A program made the position numbers and the translations under genes. The notes under the pieces were generated by a model that searched no databases, had not been told where the DNA came from, and saw nothing but the letters and a program-made list of their open reading frames with translations. From Ylistrum balloti (taxonomy: Eukaryota), in contig NW_026782558.1 of assembly GCF_031769215.1 (NCBI RefSeq), positions 992,001 to 1,056,000 on the forward strand: 64,000 nt of DNA. Reading direction: 5' to 3'. Shown here one piece after another: positions 48,801 through 61,214 of the stretch (within the stretch, counting starts at the first letter, position 1; each line of letters begins with the position of its first letter).

Positions 48801-51391
48801 TGTGACAGATCTGACATTTCTGTGATCTCATTGTAGGAAAGGTCTACGTCCTTTAGGTTTTTTGGTGGCTCAAAGTCAAGGAGGCGATTAATCTTATTAT
48901 GGGAGACGTCTAGGATCAAAAGGTACTTCAAGTGACTCAGAGGACTGAGATCTGAAATTCAAAAATAAATTCTTGACCAATTATTACCAATTCAAGAATA
49001 TTTGTTTAAGTGTAAAACAATGTACCCGGTATGCTATTAAAATGCATGTACAATACTTTCTCTCCTCAAGCCCACATGACCCCTCTCTACCCTCCTCTAT
49101 CTCTAATAATTGTTAAAAATTAAGTCTGAGCCAATTTAAAAAACCCTTTATGGTACAATAACGACATTCAAGTGGGCAATAGATATGTCTTCTATCCAGT
49201 ATGGCTTAATGCTGGTATATATACCATCAATGACCTAATTAAAAATTCTGATCATCTGACATTTTTCTCCTTTGATGAGTTTCGTCATAAATCTTTAATC
49301 AATACAAACTATTTACAGTATTGTGGCTTGATTACAGCCATCAAGTGTTTCTTGAGAAAACATGACTTCCATCCATTAGGACTCTTTCAGCCTTTTATAC
49401 CACTTCTATTTGAATTTTTTTATAAAAGTAAAAAAGGTGCCAAAGATTTCTACAGTTCTATTATTAAACCGTCACCAACCCCTACAGGTATTCGAAAATT
49501 TCTTAATGAACTGAACATAATAAAGGCTTTTATTAAAATGTGAATTTCAAGAATTTTTTCTGCTTACAAGTATTAGAAAAAGGTGATACATGATGGACTG
49601 AATATCAAACATTTAACATTTGCATTATACTGTTACCTGTTATTTCATTGTAGGGAAGCTCCACTTTTTGAAGATGGACGAACATTTCCATGATCGCAAT
49701 ATCTTTGAGACTGAATCCCTGCAAGAAGAATTTTTCTACATTATAAATGCCTATTTTTAAAATTTATACCATTTTATTTTTGTTTTGTTTTGTTTGTTTT
49801 AACAAAAATACTAATCATGCTTTCTAGCAGATACATGTTACTGTTATATTTCATGGATGTTGACTTTAACAATTTGGAGATGAGAGAAGAGTACCTTGGG
49901 AAAACACATGCAGTCAGACAGGTGACCCAATATTTTTTCATCTCCATTTGGGAATCAAACCATGAACTCTGGGTGTCTAGGTTAAAGTGTATTACCACTA
50001 TGCCTTTTACCATCCCAAGTTTAATGTGCAAGCTATACTTGGGATAGGCAACAAAAATTTTAATAGGGGCAAAAAAACCTTTCCCATTGAGGCAGAAAAA
50101 ACAATGTTACAAGCAAGTAAATTTCAACTGTTTCAACAATATTATTCAACTACAGATATCCATTTTCTTAATTAATCTAACATCACACAGAATATTTGTA
50201 ATGCTCTTTTGCCTAAAAAAAGGGAAAAAAAGCATCAATTACAAATTAAAGCAATCATAAATATTAACAGTAATGTGACACCGTACTGCTCTGGTGTCTT
50301 ATTATACACAATACAAATTAGAATAATACAAAATAGGTAAAAAAAAAAAAAAAAAATCACAAACTAACTAAAATCTATCTGTGTTAACAAGCCTTTGTTG
50401 ATATTTACCGGCACAGTCACATGAAGATAAACTTGCATGGATCCATCAGCTGATCGTCCCAAGTTAGACAGACCTCGACCAATGGTCTCTTCATCCAGGA
50501 TCCCACCAGGGGATAGCTGCAAACGTTCACAGGAGAAATAGACTCATATCACAAGTACCTGCAGTCATCTGCACTATAACATGTGTTTGTTGGAGTTCTA
50601 GTCATTTCGCTACCGATTTGTTTCTTTTGCTACTTTGGTACTTACTAAAGTGGTTTTGGTGCTTGCAAAATGGTTTACACTGAGCTAGAGTGTTATTTTC
50701 AGTGAACAGTTTATCAGTAACGGAATGAGCAATATTTATAAATGACAACACATCTTAAAAACCTAATTAAAAACATTAACCAAAACAATCTGGTACCGAA
50801 ACCACTTGGCCCCGTTTGTTGATTATACATGCATGTCCCAGCCGTGGTCTATAGGTAAAGAACCACATTGTGTACGTATGTTGCGTTTGTTCATGTCTTT
50901 CTACCTTTATCAAAGTATCTTAAATGCTATATGTTGGCTGTGAAACCTCGAGGAACCTCAGTCTAGAGTCTGGGCTGTCCTACTGTATGTTTACATTAAC
51001 TGAAGTCACTCTTTTGAACGGCGTGTCAGACATTTCTGAATGTTTCCACATTAAGATTAAAACACACCATTATGACAAATGTGTCAAGTAAGCAATTGAA
51101 TTCGTTTCAAAACAATACCTGTTATGTACTATATTATTCTTTTTCATGTAAGTTTAGAACATTTTAACGTATTCTGTCCCTTACCTCGATATTTTCTTCA
51201 TCAACTTCATCATCCGCATCGTCTAACTCGTAAATACCTTCCTCTCTATCAATGACATCTGAATTATTTATTTCATTTTCCAGGGTTAGAATATTTGCAT
51301 CATAATTCAGCACGTGAGTTTCGCCTCCTACATGCACAACATTACCGTCGATCACCGGAGAAGAGTGAACAGTGCTATTACCTTCCGCCAT
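39894..51391 (-). CDS. LRGUK: Leucine-rich repeat and guanylate kinase domain protein, 810 aa, 16 exons: 51391-51185, 50516-50409, 49718-49637, 48951-48769, 48384-48260, 47953-47900, 47474-47385, 46978-46811, 46163-46057, 45220-45101, 44468-44372, 43302-43189, 42897-42696, 41544-41291, 40950-40862, 40326-39894
   Basis: All 15 junctions are GT-AG and phase-consistent (2433 nt). The product has an acidic N-terminus, SDS22-like LRRs (LDVSHNKI, LNLNHNQI, IDLEDNEV), an LRRcap (NPIQELPDYRL) and a GK domain (LVLVGPQGSGKKDL, SHTTR, DGVDYHFV, YHGDWYG). Confidence 0.95.
41630..42520 (+). mobile_element. HINE-like element with decayed satellite units in LRGUK intron 13
   Basis: It starts TCAAGAGGCCCAT..CTCACCT, has internal TTTTCCTATA / CCAAATTTGG / GGAGAAG words and ends near CAGGAAACCTAGG. 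Confidence 0.45.
43615..44212. repeat. 28-bp minisatellite, about 21 copies, in LRGUK intron 11
   Basis: The unit is GCTGATGGATTATCTACTGGGAAGTGAG; starts at 43691 and 43719 give the period. Confidence 0.97.
46419..46725. repeat. 19/22-bp minisatellite with palindromic core AGTGTACACT in LRGUK intron 8
   Basis: Units AAGTGTACACTACTTATAA alternate with a +CTT form; about 14 copies. Confidence 0.95.
48385..48768 (-). other. U12-type (minor spliceosome) GT-AG intron, LRGUK intron 4
   Basis: The donor is GTATCCTTT and the branch site CCTTGAC has its A at -12. The acceptor CATAG has no polypyrimidine tract, and the intron is phase 1. Confidence 0.9.
49120..49545 (+). mobile_element. Tx1/L1-clade LINE ORF2 C-terminal fragment in LRGUK intron 3 (antisense to the gene)
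   Basis: LWYNNDIQVGNRYVFYPVWLNAGIYTINDL...FSFDEF...NYLQYCGLITAI matches the post-RT region of Tx1-like elements. Confidence 0.7.
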
Positions 51392-51402
51392 ATTTGTTTC
51401 CT

Positions 51403-51415
51403 TTCGCCTAGAAAC
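51403..51415. promoter_or_regulatory. Candidate RFX X-box just upstream of the LRGUK ATG
   Basis: TTCGCCTAGAAAC differs at about 1-2 positions from X-box forms such as GTNGCCTAGCAAC. Ciliary and flagellar genes are typical RFX targets. Confidence 0.4.
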
Positions 51416-51687
51416 AAACAGCGCCGCAGCAAATAGATGTACAGTGATATGCTAGAGTAATATTCCATTAAAGGGATAATGTAAGATATTAACATATTTC
51501 AAATATTTAAAAAATGTAATATACTTAATATAGCCATAGTTAATCTAGGAATTATTATAAATATATAATGAATTCGTTTTTCGCATTATGTAAATTTCAG
51601 CGAGGTGATATCCTCGTATAGTATTTTGCACGTCAGAGCTTTAAGGTTCCTTGGGCGTATCTAGGTCTCTAAAATGCCTGTATGTTT

Positions 51688-51809
51688 ATCTTATGCTCCT
51701 TGTTAGTGACATTCATCACATGGCTCATTCTACAAGATAGAGTCATACCATTTGTTTGCTCCGCGAAGGGATATATAATCTTATGCTCCTTGTTAGTGAC
51801 ATTCATCAC
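51688..51809. repeat. Perfect 32-bp direct repeat flanking a 58-bp spacer
   Basis: ATCTTATGCTCCTTGTTAGTGACATTCATCAC occurs at 51688-51719 and 51778-51809. Confidence 0.95.
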
Positions 51810-52149
51810 GAAAAATATAAAAAGTATCGACATGAAACTTCATAGGTAGATAGATCTCGATAAGTGTTGTGTACAAAAACCATAACTCACTTTTGCTTCA
51901 CTTAGGAGTTAATCACGATCCTTTCTTATTTGTCATACTTAAATTTTTCTTAAGCATCACTCAAAAAACTATAAATAGTTTCGGAGAGCATTCATCAATT
52001 TCATTGATACTCTTATCTAAAAACGAAACAATGGCAAGTGCAATCAATGATTGCCAAACTCACCAGCCGCAGCCATTGCATAATATGTATGTGCACATTT
52101 CCTCATATTTGCTTAGTTATTCTACATAAAAAATATTATGAAACAACTC

Positions 52150-52570
52150 TCCCTGTAAACTTTCCCTGTAAAGAAAGATGACGGTACAATCAAAGTATTG
52201 GTCTATAGGGAAAGGACGCACACTGGCCAATACCTCAACTTCCGATCGCACCACCCCTTACACCAGAAGCCAGGCGTTGTGTACGAAACGTGGTCAACAG
52301 ATGTGAAACGATTGTTACAGAATACCAAGACAAGAAGAAAAAACAAAATCACATCCATAGCACCACGAAAACATGTGAGCACCCAGATTGGGCAACCCAG
52401 AAAGTTGAAAAAGAATTGATTAAAAAAAAAACAAACAAAACAAAACAAAAGACGGAACACATGTAGTCACCCTTTACATCTAAGGTCTGTTAGAAACCAT
52501 TCAGATTCTTGGTCATAGCATTGCAACGGCCATGATTAATCACAAGACTATCCGAACACCCAAAGAGATC
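52150..52570 (+). mobile_element. Penelope-like retroelement fragment (RT thumb/linker region)
   Basis: VYRERTHTGQYLNFRSHHPLHQKPGVV fits the PLE consensus vYRKpTHTdQYLnf.ShHP..hK.gvv; frameshifted remnants follow. Confidence 0.75.
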
Positions 52571-52961
52571 GTCTCTGTGTTCGCTTGTTGTTACTTAGAT
52601 ATCTCCCACTATATAGTTTCAGTTGTTCATGATATGTCATAATGCCGTATGTGATATGATCTATAGTGGCGTCACAGTAAGTAATATTTCATACATGTGT
52701 AATACGTCCAAGGCTATATAATTTACTGGACAATACTTAAGGTGTGATGAAATTTTAAATGTAACTGTTTCCCAAATGTGTTAAATACTAAAAACAAAAC
52801 AAAAAAAATGAAATATATGTTTTCTACAAAAAAAGTCTAGAACATTATGTGACGAGAGCAATATTACCGCATGTGTGAATTATTTTCAAAACAAGAGACT
52901 CGGCATCCTTAACATTTTACTTCCGACATGCGCAAAATCGTGATTTAGAAGATATCCCAAC

Positions 52962-55900
52962 ATGGCGGCGGCGTTGATTTCTAGACAAGTTCTGTGCAAC
53001 CGGCTTCTCAGTTCCAAATTGGCACTATGCAAAAGGACATTGTCTGTATCGAGTAGTATTTTTCAAAAGCCGCCAGCGCCAGGACAGAAAAAGGTCTACA
53101 AGAGAGAAAAACCACACTTGAACATCGGTACAATAGGGCACGTGGACCACGGCAAGACGACATTGACAGCGGCAATCACTAAAGTTCTTTCCCAAAAGAA
53201 GGGAGCAAAATTTCTCAAATATGACGATATTGACAGAGCACCTGAGGAGAAGAAGCGAGGGATTACAATCAACACTGCTACAGTGGAATACAATACAGAA
53301 AAACGTCATTATGGTCATATTGATTGTCCGGGGCATGCCGATTACATAAAAAATATGATAACAGGTATGAATGAGAGGTCACGTTACCTGTTTTGACGGA
53401 TCCAGAAATTGTCTGTTTGTAAAGAAGCAGAATCCTAAACATTTGCTATTGTTGCTGCTACATCATACAATTCAATAGGTGTTCATAACAGCGTATCGGA
53501 TCAACAGGTCGAGGAAAACCACATTTTTTTGTGTAATTCACAAATTGGCCTATTATACGCCAATTGGTGTATGGATTTGTTATGATAAATAGCCGCAATT
53601 GTTAAACAGTAACTTTTACATCACGTTATTAAATTTCGCATTAATTTACGACAAAGTTAATGTTTTTATTTTTCAAAAATATGTAAACTCAAAGTGCTGG
53701 CTTCTTGGAAGCTTATGTAACGGTTGCCATCATAGCAATAACTATCATAATATAGACCAGAAGCACAGCATCTATTTTCGGTACTTTCCAACGTGCAAAT
53801 AATTTTATTATAGGTATAATAGGCCAGTTTGAATGCTGTACACAAATTTGTGGTTTTCCCTACCTGATCAATGTGTTTTTTGCCAGGTTAAGCGCAACCT
53901 CAATTTGCTTACCTCCACTAATCCCTTTTTAGAGTCCTCCTTTGGACTCATTTATATCAGATGGTTAATAAAATGTCTCTTATCGGAATCACTAATCAGG
54001 TCTTATTAAGTCTATTCTGGAAATTAAGTTGGGTTGACATTCCTTGTGTCCTGGTGTCTTGCACGAATAATATATTTTTATGCATTTCTATACTAATACA
54101 CATTACAAGTTAGATATTTTTACAAGATACTTCTGTCAGTCATTTTGAAACACATGATGGAGGATTTCTACTCATTTGGTGGAGATAGTCTATTTCAAAT
54201 ATTGGCTAGTAACCCGCCTTGTGTACCACCGTGAAAATTTCAATAGATACAGACATTATTCATTGCTTCATTAAGATCAGTAATCAAAGTCTGAAGACTC
54301 GATGAATCTTGGAGACTTCAGTCATTCATAAACAAACAAATGTTGATATGTCTCATGACTTAAAAATGTTTGTCAGTTGTCTCAAGAAAGAGAACATGTT
54401 CCAGAAAATCCCTGGAAGGAAATTAAAAAGTTTTCTCAGATTTCAAGATTTCTACCTAGTCAGTACAGTTGCACAAACTTAAATAAAAAATATAACAACT
54501 TTTCAAAATGTCACTATCAGAAGATGTGTGGAACAGTGTTAGTGATGATGAAATCTTTAAAGAGCATAATCAAGAGCAGGAAGGAATGCTCTTGAACACT
54601 ATCCATTTGGGGACAGCTTAGTGTCACAAGAGAATTGTGGCTTTTCTGAAGATGAAAAATATCTTGGCTGGCAATGTGTGCTATTATAGAAACGCATGCA
54701 ATCATTTTTTTAGTGGGAGACACAGGACAGAAGGTAAGTCAACCTGACTTAATTTCCAGAATAGCGTTTACAGGGCCTGATAAGTCCCAATTGCATGGAG
54801 GAATCCCAAAGGGGATTCATTCTCCATGAACAAATTTGCTAACACAGTGCCCGGCCTTTATGTGGCCTGGCCATTATTCAGTGCTCAGAATGGTGATGTC
54901 ATTACTTTATTATACTCCCCGAAATCTTTGGAGGAGCATATTTATCTTATTTAACAGGAAACAAGGGGAGGTGTATATACTTGTAATAATTTTCATTGTA
55001 CCTTTGATTTCTAGCATTTGAAGTTTTGAATTGTAAACATACTGTTTTTACACCGATGTTGTTAAAGTTATATATTTACAAAGAAATGCAAAGTTTTGAA
55101 ATTGAATAGCGAGCTGAAGTACCTCTAGATAGAATTTATTCATAATTGTTGTCTAGGTAATAAGTTAATGATGATAAAAATATAACATTGATAATTGATG
55201 AAATTCAATACTTTATATTTGATTGGATTTTTTAATTTGAATTAATCTGGACAAGCTTCTTGCAGACTACAAGCACTGATTGACTAAGTTCACAAATCAT
55301 GTTGGAGTTGTTGATGATATAGGATATTTTAGGTTAGAATGCAAGTAGTAATTTCTCTTGTAGTTCCTGAGTCTTTGATAATAAATCAACTTTCAAATCC
55401 ATTTGTAGTAAATTTTGCTTTCATTTTTAGACCATAGTAATAGGGTGTAGCTGATATAATTTGAATGATGAGTAGCATTTTCTTGAAAAAACATTTTCAT
55501 TTTTGCATTCTTGAATTTAGCTATTCCAAAATAACAGGTATATATATCTACCCATAAATTTCTACCATTTAAAGCAATTTCCTAGTTTGATTCCAAGAAA
55601 GCTGTTTGTTTTGTATTTCAAGGAACTCTTGCTGGAATACTGCTATACGAAGTATTGTGACCTAAATTATTCTGACCCGATATGTATTGAGCTTCTTGCT
55701 ACATATAAGCTGTGTAGATCAACCACTTGGTAGCTAATGATAGCCAAAATTAGAGACAGAATTTCTATATATGTATGGCATTCATATGCTTTGCAGCTGA
55801 TCGTTGAAATATACTTGAAAATTACATATATATATATATTCCTTTTTAACCATTTCTGACAGAAAAAAAACTGCTGAGTATTTGATGTGAAGAAGTAAAC

Positions 55901-57297
55901 TTGCCATAACATTCAAAATACACTGAAGTAACAAATGCCTCTGAAAATTTGTATTTTCCCATATGCTTTTTCTGCGTAAAATACCGAAACGCATTCATCT
56001 TTGTAACCTTGGTAATTGAACATTAATTGATAGCATTCCTGTTTGATTGAGAATTATGAAGTGGAAAAAATGAGTATACTTTGTGAGAACAGTAGGCACT
56101 GAACAATAGAGCTGGAGATATGGGAATGACAGATCTCTCAAAATAGTGAGCATCGAGGAATTTTCAGAAGAGAAAATATTACATTTGCTTTAGGTTTTTT
56201 CCTAAATTTTGCACTGACTATCATGTAAACCATTAGTAGTGATAAAAAATTAGTCCTATGATAGGCATACAATAAACGTTTCCCTTCTCTGCTTTGTAGG
56301 AACTGCCCAGATGGATAGCTGTATTTTAGTAGTGGCAGCTACAGATGGAACTATGCCACAAACTAGAGAACATCTACTTCTTGCGAAACAAATTGGTATT
56401 GAACAGCTGGTGGTGTTCATTAACAAGGCCGATGCCGCTGATGCAGAAATGATCGAGTTGGTGGAAATGGAAGTCAGAGAAACACTTAATGAGTTTGGAT
56501 TTGATGGGGAAAATACTCCTATTGTTGTTGGTTCAGCTTTGCAGGCTCTTGAAGGGGTCAATGACGAACTCGGAGCTGAGAAAGTTAGGGAACTTCTTGA
56601 TGCAGTTGACAATTATATCCCTGATATGGTTCGAGATCTAGACAAAGATTTTCTTATGCCAGTTGAGTCTGTTTTTACCATTTCTGGTCGTGGAACAGTG
56701 GTGTCTGGTCAGGTTATGCGCGGTGTTGTAAATAAAGGAGATGAAGTTGAGCTTAAAGGTCATGGGGTCACTATTAAAACTCTACTTACTGGAATTGAAA
56801 TGTTCAATAAGAGTCTAGATCGGGCAGAGGCTGGAGATCAACTTGGAGCACTTTTGAGGGGTCTGAAAAAAGCTGATGCCAGGAAAGGAATGACACTATC
56901 AAAACCTGGAACCATTCTTTCAGTAAATAATATTACAGCAAAAGTTTACATGCTAAGTGCTGAAGAAGGTGGAAGAAAGATTCCCTTTGTGAAAGGCAGT
57001 CAAGCCCAGATTTACAGTACAACTTGGCGATGTCCAGTTTTCTTTCAGTTAACAGAGAGCAAACCCTTGTTAATGCCAGGCGAAGATGCTACAGTTGACA
57101 TGTATCTTCTGAAGAACATGTGTATGGATGTCGGACAGCGTTTCACCATTCGGGATGCCAACATTACCACAGGGTATGGCGTGGTGACCACCATCCATCC
57201 TGACGTCGACATGGAAACCTATCTTGGGGACAGGAGAAAGATGAAATCAGCAAAGAAAAAAGCAGAAAAGAAGGCTGAGATGGAGGCTGGGAAATAG
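52962..57297 (+). CDS. TUFM: Mitochondrial elongation factor Tu (divergent, EF-Tu2-like), 466 aa; exons 52962-53364 and 56300-57297
   Basis: It has a basic transit peptide and the motifs [21 protein letters not shown] and SAL. The phase-1 junction ACAG|gtatga...tgtag|GA restores NMITGTAQMD. A Lys-rich C-terminal extension follows. Confidence 0.96.
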
Positions 57298-58840
57298 AAG
57301 AATTATAATCAACTAGTTCTTTGTGAGAATGGTTCAGTATGGAAAGATATAGAAGTATTTGAATCATAGTATACCATTGAAGGTATCGTCAATGTTGTTG
57401 TATTTAATGTAAGAAAGAGTTCTATAAATATAAGCATGATAATTTAGATGCAAGGGATTCCATTGCTACACAAAGGCTGTTCATTTGCAGACCTACTCTA
57501 GTGCTACAATATACAAGTTTATAAATCCAAAGTTTAACGTGATAAAGTTTTCAAAACTTGTTCAAAACTTGTGATCTGAAGTGAGTAGAGCTTGGTCCAT
57601 TACAGAATATTAGTGGACAGAGACGTTGGAACAAATGTGTTTTTTGGTAAAATTAAATTGTGTACAAAATTATTTGTAAATGTATATGAAAGACGCTTTC
57701 GAAAACTTTAATCACTCCACATAACTTGATGCCAAATCATGTTTCTCTATGAATGGTGGCTATCTAGTTGAATGATATTCAATATTTTAAGATGCAGAAA
57801 GCAAAAGTCATTTTTTTCATTCATTATACCTGAAGTTTTCCAACTGAGAATTTTTGAATTCTTGAAATTAAATTTTGAATATTTTCTTTTACCTTATTCA
57901 GCAAGAATTATTTGTACCTTGTCTGAACAAATTATATGTGATACATACATAGTGTATATGCAATTTGGGTGTTTAATCTGGGAAACCAATAGCAAAGATC
58001 TATATTGAGCAGTGCATCAATGTTAAAACTTTGATTGTACAAAGGAAGTACAACTTGTATATTTGAATTTAAAAAAATACCAGCCAAAATATTTTTGATC
58101 TTGGTCTTTGGTGTTATTGTTTTCTGATAGTACACTCATCTTTAATGTTACTGATTATAAACTCTCAGTTTTAGTAATGATAATGTTGACTGTACATTAG
58201 TTTCTTGTTTATGTGTGTTGACATCTTGGCAAGTCAATACTTGATATTTTGCAGTAAGTGTTTTTCAAATATTGTTCATTTTTAAGACGTGCATGGTCGT
58301 TTTAGGTTTTGTCATTTCAAAATCACTAGCAGATATAACCTGAGGTACTTGACGATCCTATTAGTGTTTTATCAAGAAAACAATTTGGTTTACTCTCTGA
58401 AATTTTGGTATGGTATTCTGATACTAGTGAGAGTTGAAGTATGATAACATCAAACTTTGATATAAAACTTCCCCACGGATGATTTTTTTGAGTTTTTGAA
58501 ATCGTCTTGTCATGATGTCATTGTCATTTTGTCTCTTATATTGAGTGATGATTAAAATAAATCAGATTAATACCAATCTTGTGTGTTTTCTTGTATGCTA
58601 AGCTGATCAAATCAACCTTCATCCCTTTGTCCATCCATCATCCATACACTGTGCTTAAACAATTAATGTTATGACTATTTCTTTGAAGTATGATGGTTGA
58701 AGATTTACCAGACACTTTTTGAATTTAAGGATTTCTCTAAAATACAGGTAGAGGTTATTTATATTAGTTGTAAATGATGAATTTCAATCAATATATCGGT
58801 ACTTTCATCTATTACTAGATACTGCCACATTGGATATTGA

Positions 58841-58990
58841 ATGTGGAACTTAATGTCATGTTCTCTAAGTGTGAACCAGAGTAGCACCAGTTTATACTTA
58901 AAGAAAGGACAATGTGAATGTGGGACTTAATGTCATGTTCTGTAAGTGTGAACCACAGTAGCACCAGTTTATACTTAAAGAAAGGACAAT
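58841..58990. repeat. 76-bp tandem duplication (2 copies)
   Basis: AATGTGG(A/G)ACTTAATGTCATG...AAAGGACAAT starts at 58841 and 58917, with about 3 mismatches. Confidence 0.92.
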
Positions 58991-59029
58991 CAGCAAAACT
59001 TAGACACTTATCATTTCACAATATTTTGG

Positions 59030-60070
59030 ACACACATATTGTCTACTTTAGTCATTACTCAAAAACAAAGAAAATGTCCACATGTCAACGTAATTTCCAT
59101 TCAAACTCGAAAGTGAAGGACACTGAAAATAATACCAGATGTTCCGGAAGAATAGACATCTTCTGCTTCATTGCTTGGTCTGTAGTAAGTAATGTCACGT
59201 TCCCAAGTAAGAACAAGGTAAACAACGACGGAGCCACCAGGCATACTAATGAGTATCAAACGCGTCCAACTTTGTATCGCACATGGATTTGGGATTTTGC
59301 CCTTGAATATCGAATCAACTGTGACACGTTAATATTGTCAGGCATGTTGCTATCTGTCCAACTCGCATCTCATGAATTAAAATATTTCCTAATGAGATCA
59401 TTATAATGAGCATAAAACTTCCACGTAATTTCCATCAACATGCATCTCTTGAAGACCTCGAGTTACGAGATTTTCATTTGTCGACATCTTGCAAAATCGT
59501 AATATTGAGAAAAAAACCCTTTGATATCGAATCATCTGGGGAATGGAAACACCATATTTTAGGGAAGTAGGGCAATTGCTATTCAGGTATGGACAATTCA
59601 TAATTGGGAGATGGTAACCTTCATCCTTGTCACAAACATGTTGGTTTCGATGTAGGAAAACATGGGCGTATCTCTGAACATTTGAAATATCATTACGGGA
59701 CGATTTCTTTTGATAGGGATTATGGTATTTTACCTTAGATTAGTGTCGGTTAGGTAAGCGGCTGATGTAGAAGAGTTTCTTGTGTCCTTGATTTCCAACC
59801 CTGATGGGTATACATATGCACGATGGGCATAGCCAATAGATTTTCTATTTACAGACAAGACAAGGTCAATGACCTAGAAATAAAATCGAAAGAGAATGAA
59901 GTCTGTATGTGGCACAAAGTTCGTCTACATTTTGATATAGACGGTTGTAAAGGTAAAGTTTTACTGGTTAGCAGATATTTCACGATTACTGTTACGAAAT
60001 CGTCCGATCCATACATCGGCCAATCACACAATGACCGGAACTTACAAAAACCGCGAAATCAAAAGAACCA
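59030..60070 (-). mobile_element. Decayed Penelope-like element remnants, apparently two partial RT segments in tandem
   Basis: The minus strand reads YPSGLEIKDTRNSSTSAAYL, then MNCPYLNSNCPTSLKYGVSIPQMIRYQR (consensus YP.ELEIKDT..S.SYLD; NFP.LSSNIP.SPAYGV.ISQLIRY.R). A weaker second hit is SDDFVTVIVKYLLTSKTLPLQP. Confidence 0.6.
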
Positions 60071-61214
60071 ATAAAATTGGACATTAGACTGACGTAAGAC
60101 AAAATTTAACTGACCAATGACCACACGACACTATATACAAAGACAATAACGAGACTGACCACTTAAGTATACACGAGACTAATGAACAAGTTACAGTATA
60201 GCTGAATACTAATAAACAAAATTCAACAATTAGTGCCACTTCTGGGGTGAACAGTATGATAGTAGGGCTATGATTTTGTATTGATACTACTGAAAATGGT
60301 AGTAAGAGCCTTGATAAAGGTTCAGTTCAACAACTAGACGAGTCAGCAATAACATGATGTTTATATGGATCTTTGTCGATTTTAGAAGTCCAACATAAAA
60401 GAGGGAGGTCCATATCCTTATCATTTATTGGTAATCTGAATTATTATAGTACATAAGCATGATTAGCTGGTATTTCTTCTCAGGAAAGACTGGATAACAT
60501 AACAAGCCTAGTTCTATTTGTATACAGAAAACGTAATGTCTGCTGACAAGGATCAAGTTTTGGAACAACTTGGAAATCGTGATGATTGAGTTAACATCAT
60601 CATAAAGGAATATAGACTTATTTCGTTTTGATTTCGATCTACTAATACTACATAAGAATTACAGAAGGAGTGAATTTTATCAACCCTGAAAGTAAAGCCA
60701 CTATGCTCTCGTTTCATCCACTCTTTAGCATACTTTCCTACGGAATCCATATTTGGAAATTCACATTTCAATTAATGGACATGTTGCTCAACGATTCGGA
60801 TAATGCTAAATTCGCCAGGTGCTATGTTCTCAGCTGGACAATATAGATATAAAGGGGTGGAAACTGTAGATGACCGACGGACTGCTCTTTCGACGTGTTG
60901 AAAGGTTTTTGGTGCAATATGCTTGGAATTTCTGTCGGACATGACGGTATGGCTGGATACTCCATATCTGACAAATCCTGGTGTGAAATATTATTGATGA
61001 ATAACACAACTGCACTATTTGTATGAATTATCTCTCAAGGGAATGCGGACCTTAAAGCCTGACCTCTGACTGTGTATCTGCACCTGTGATAAGAAGGGAT
61101 GTCATGGCCTTGTTGGTACTTGTTGTAGTAGATAACTACACACCCTAATCTAGAGCGATAAAATCCCGTCACATGCATTAACATAGTCCTATAATCCACT
61201 CAATATATTTCAAT

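Noticed and set aside
54541-54650. C/D snoRNA-like ATGATGA...CTGA in the TUFM intron
   Set aside because: There is no terminal stem or recognisable guide, and such boxes are common in AT-rich DNA.
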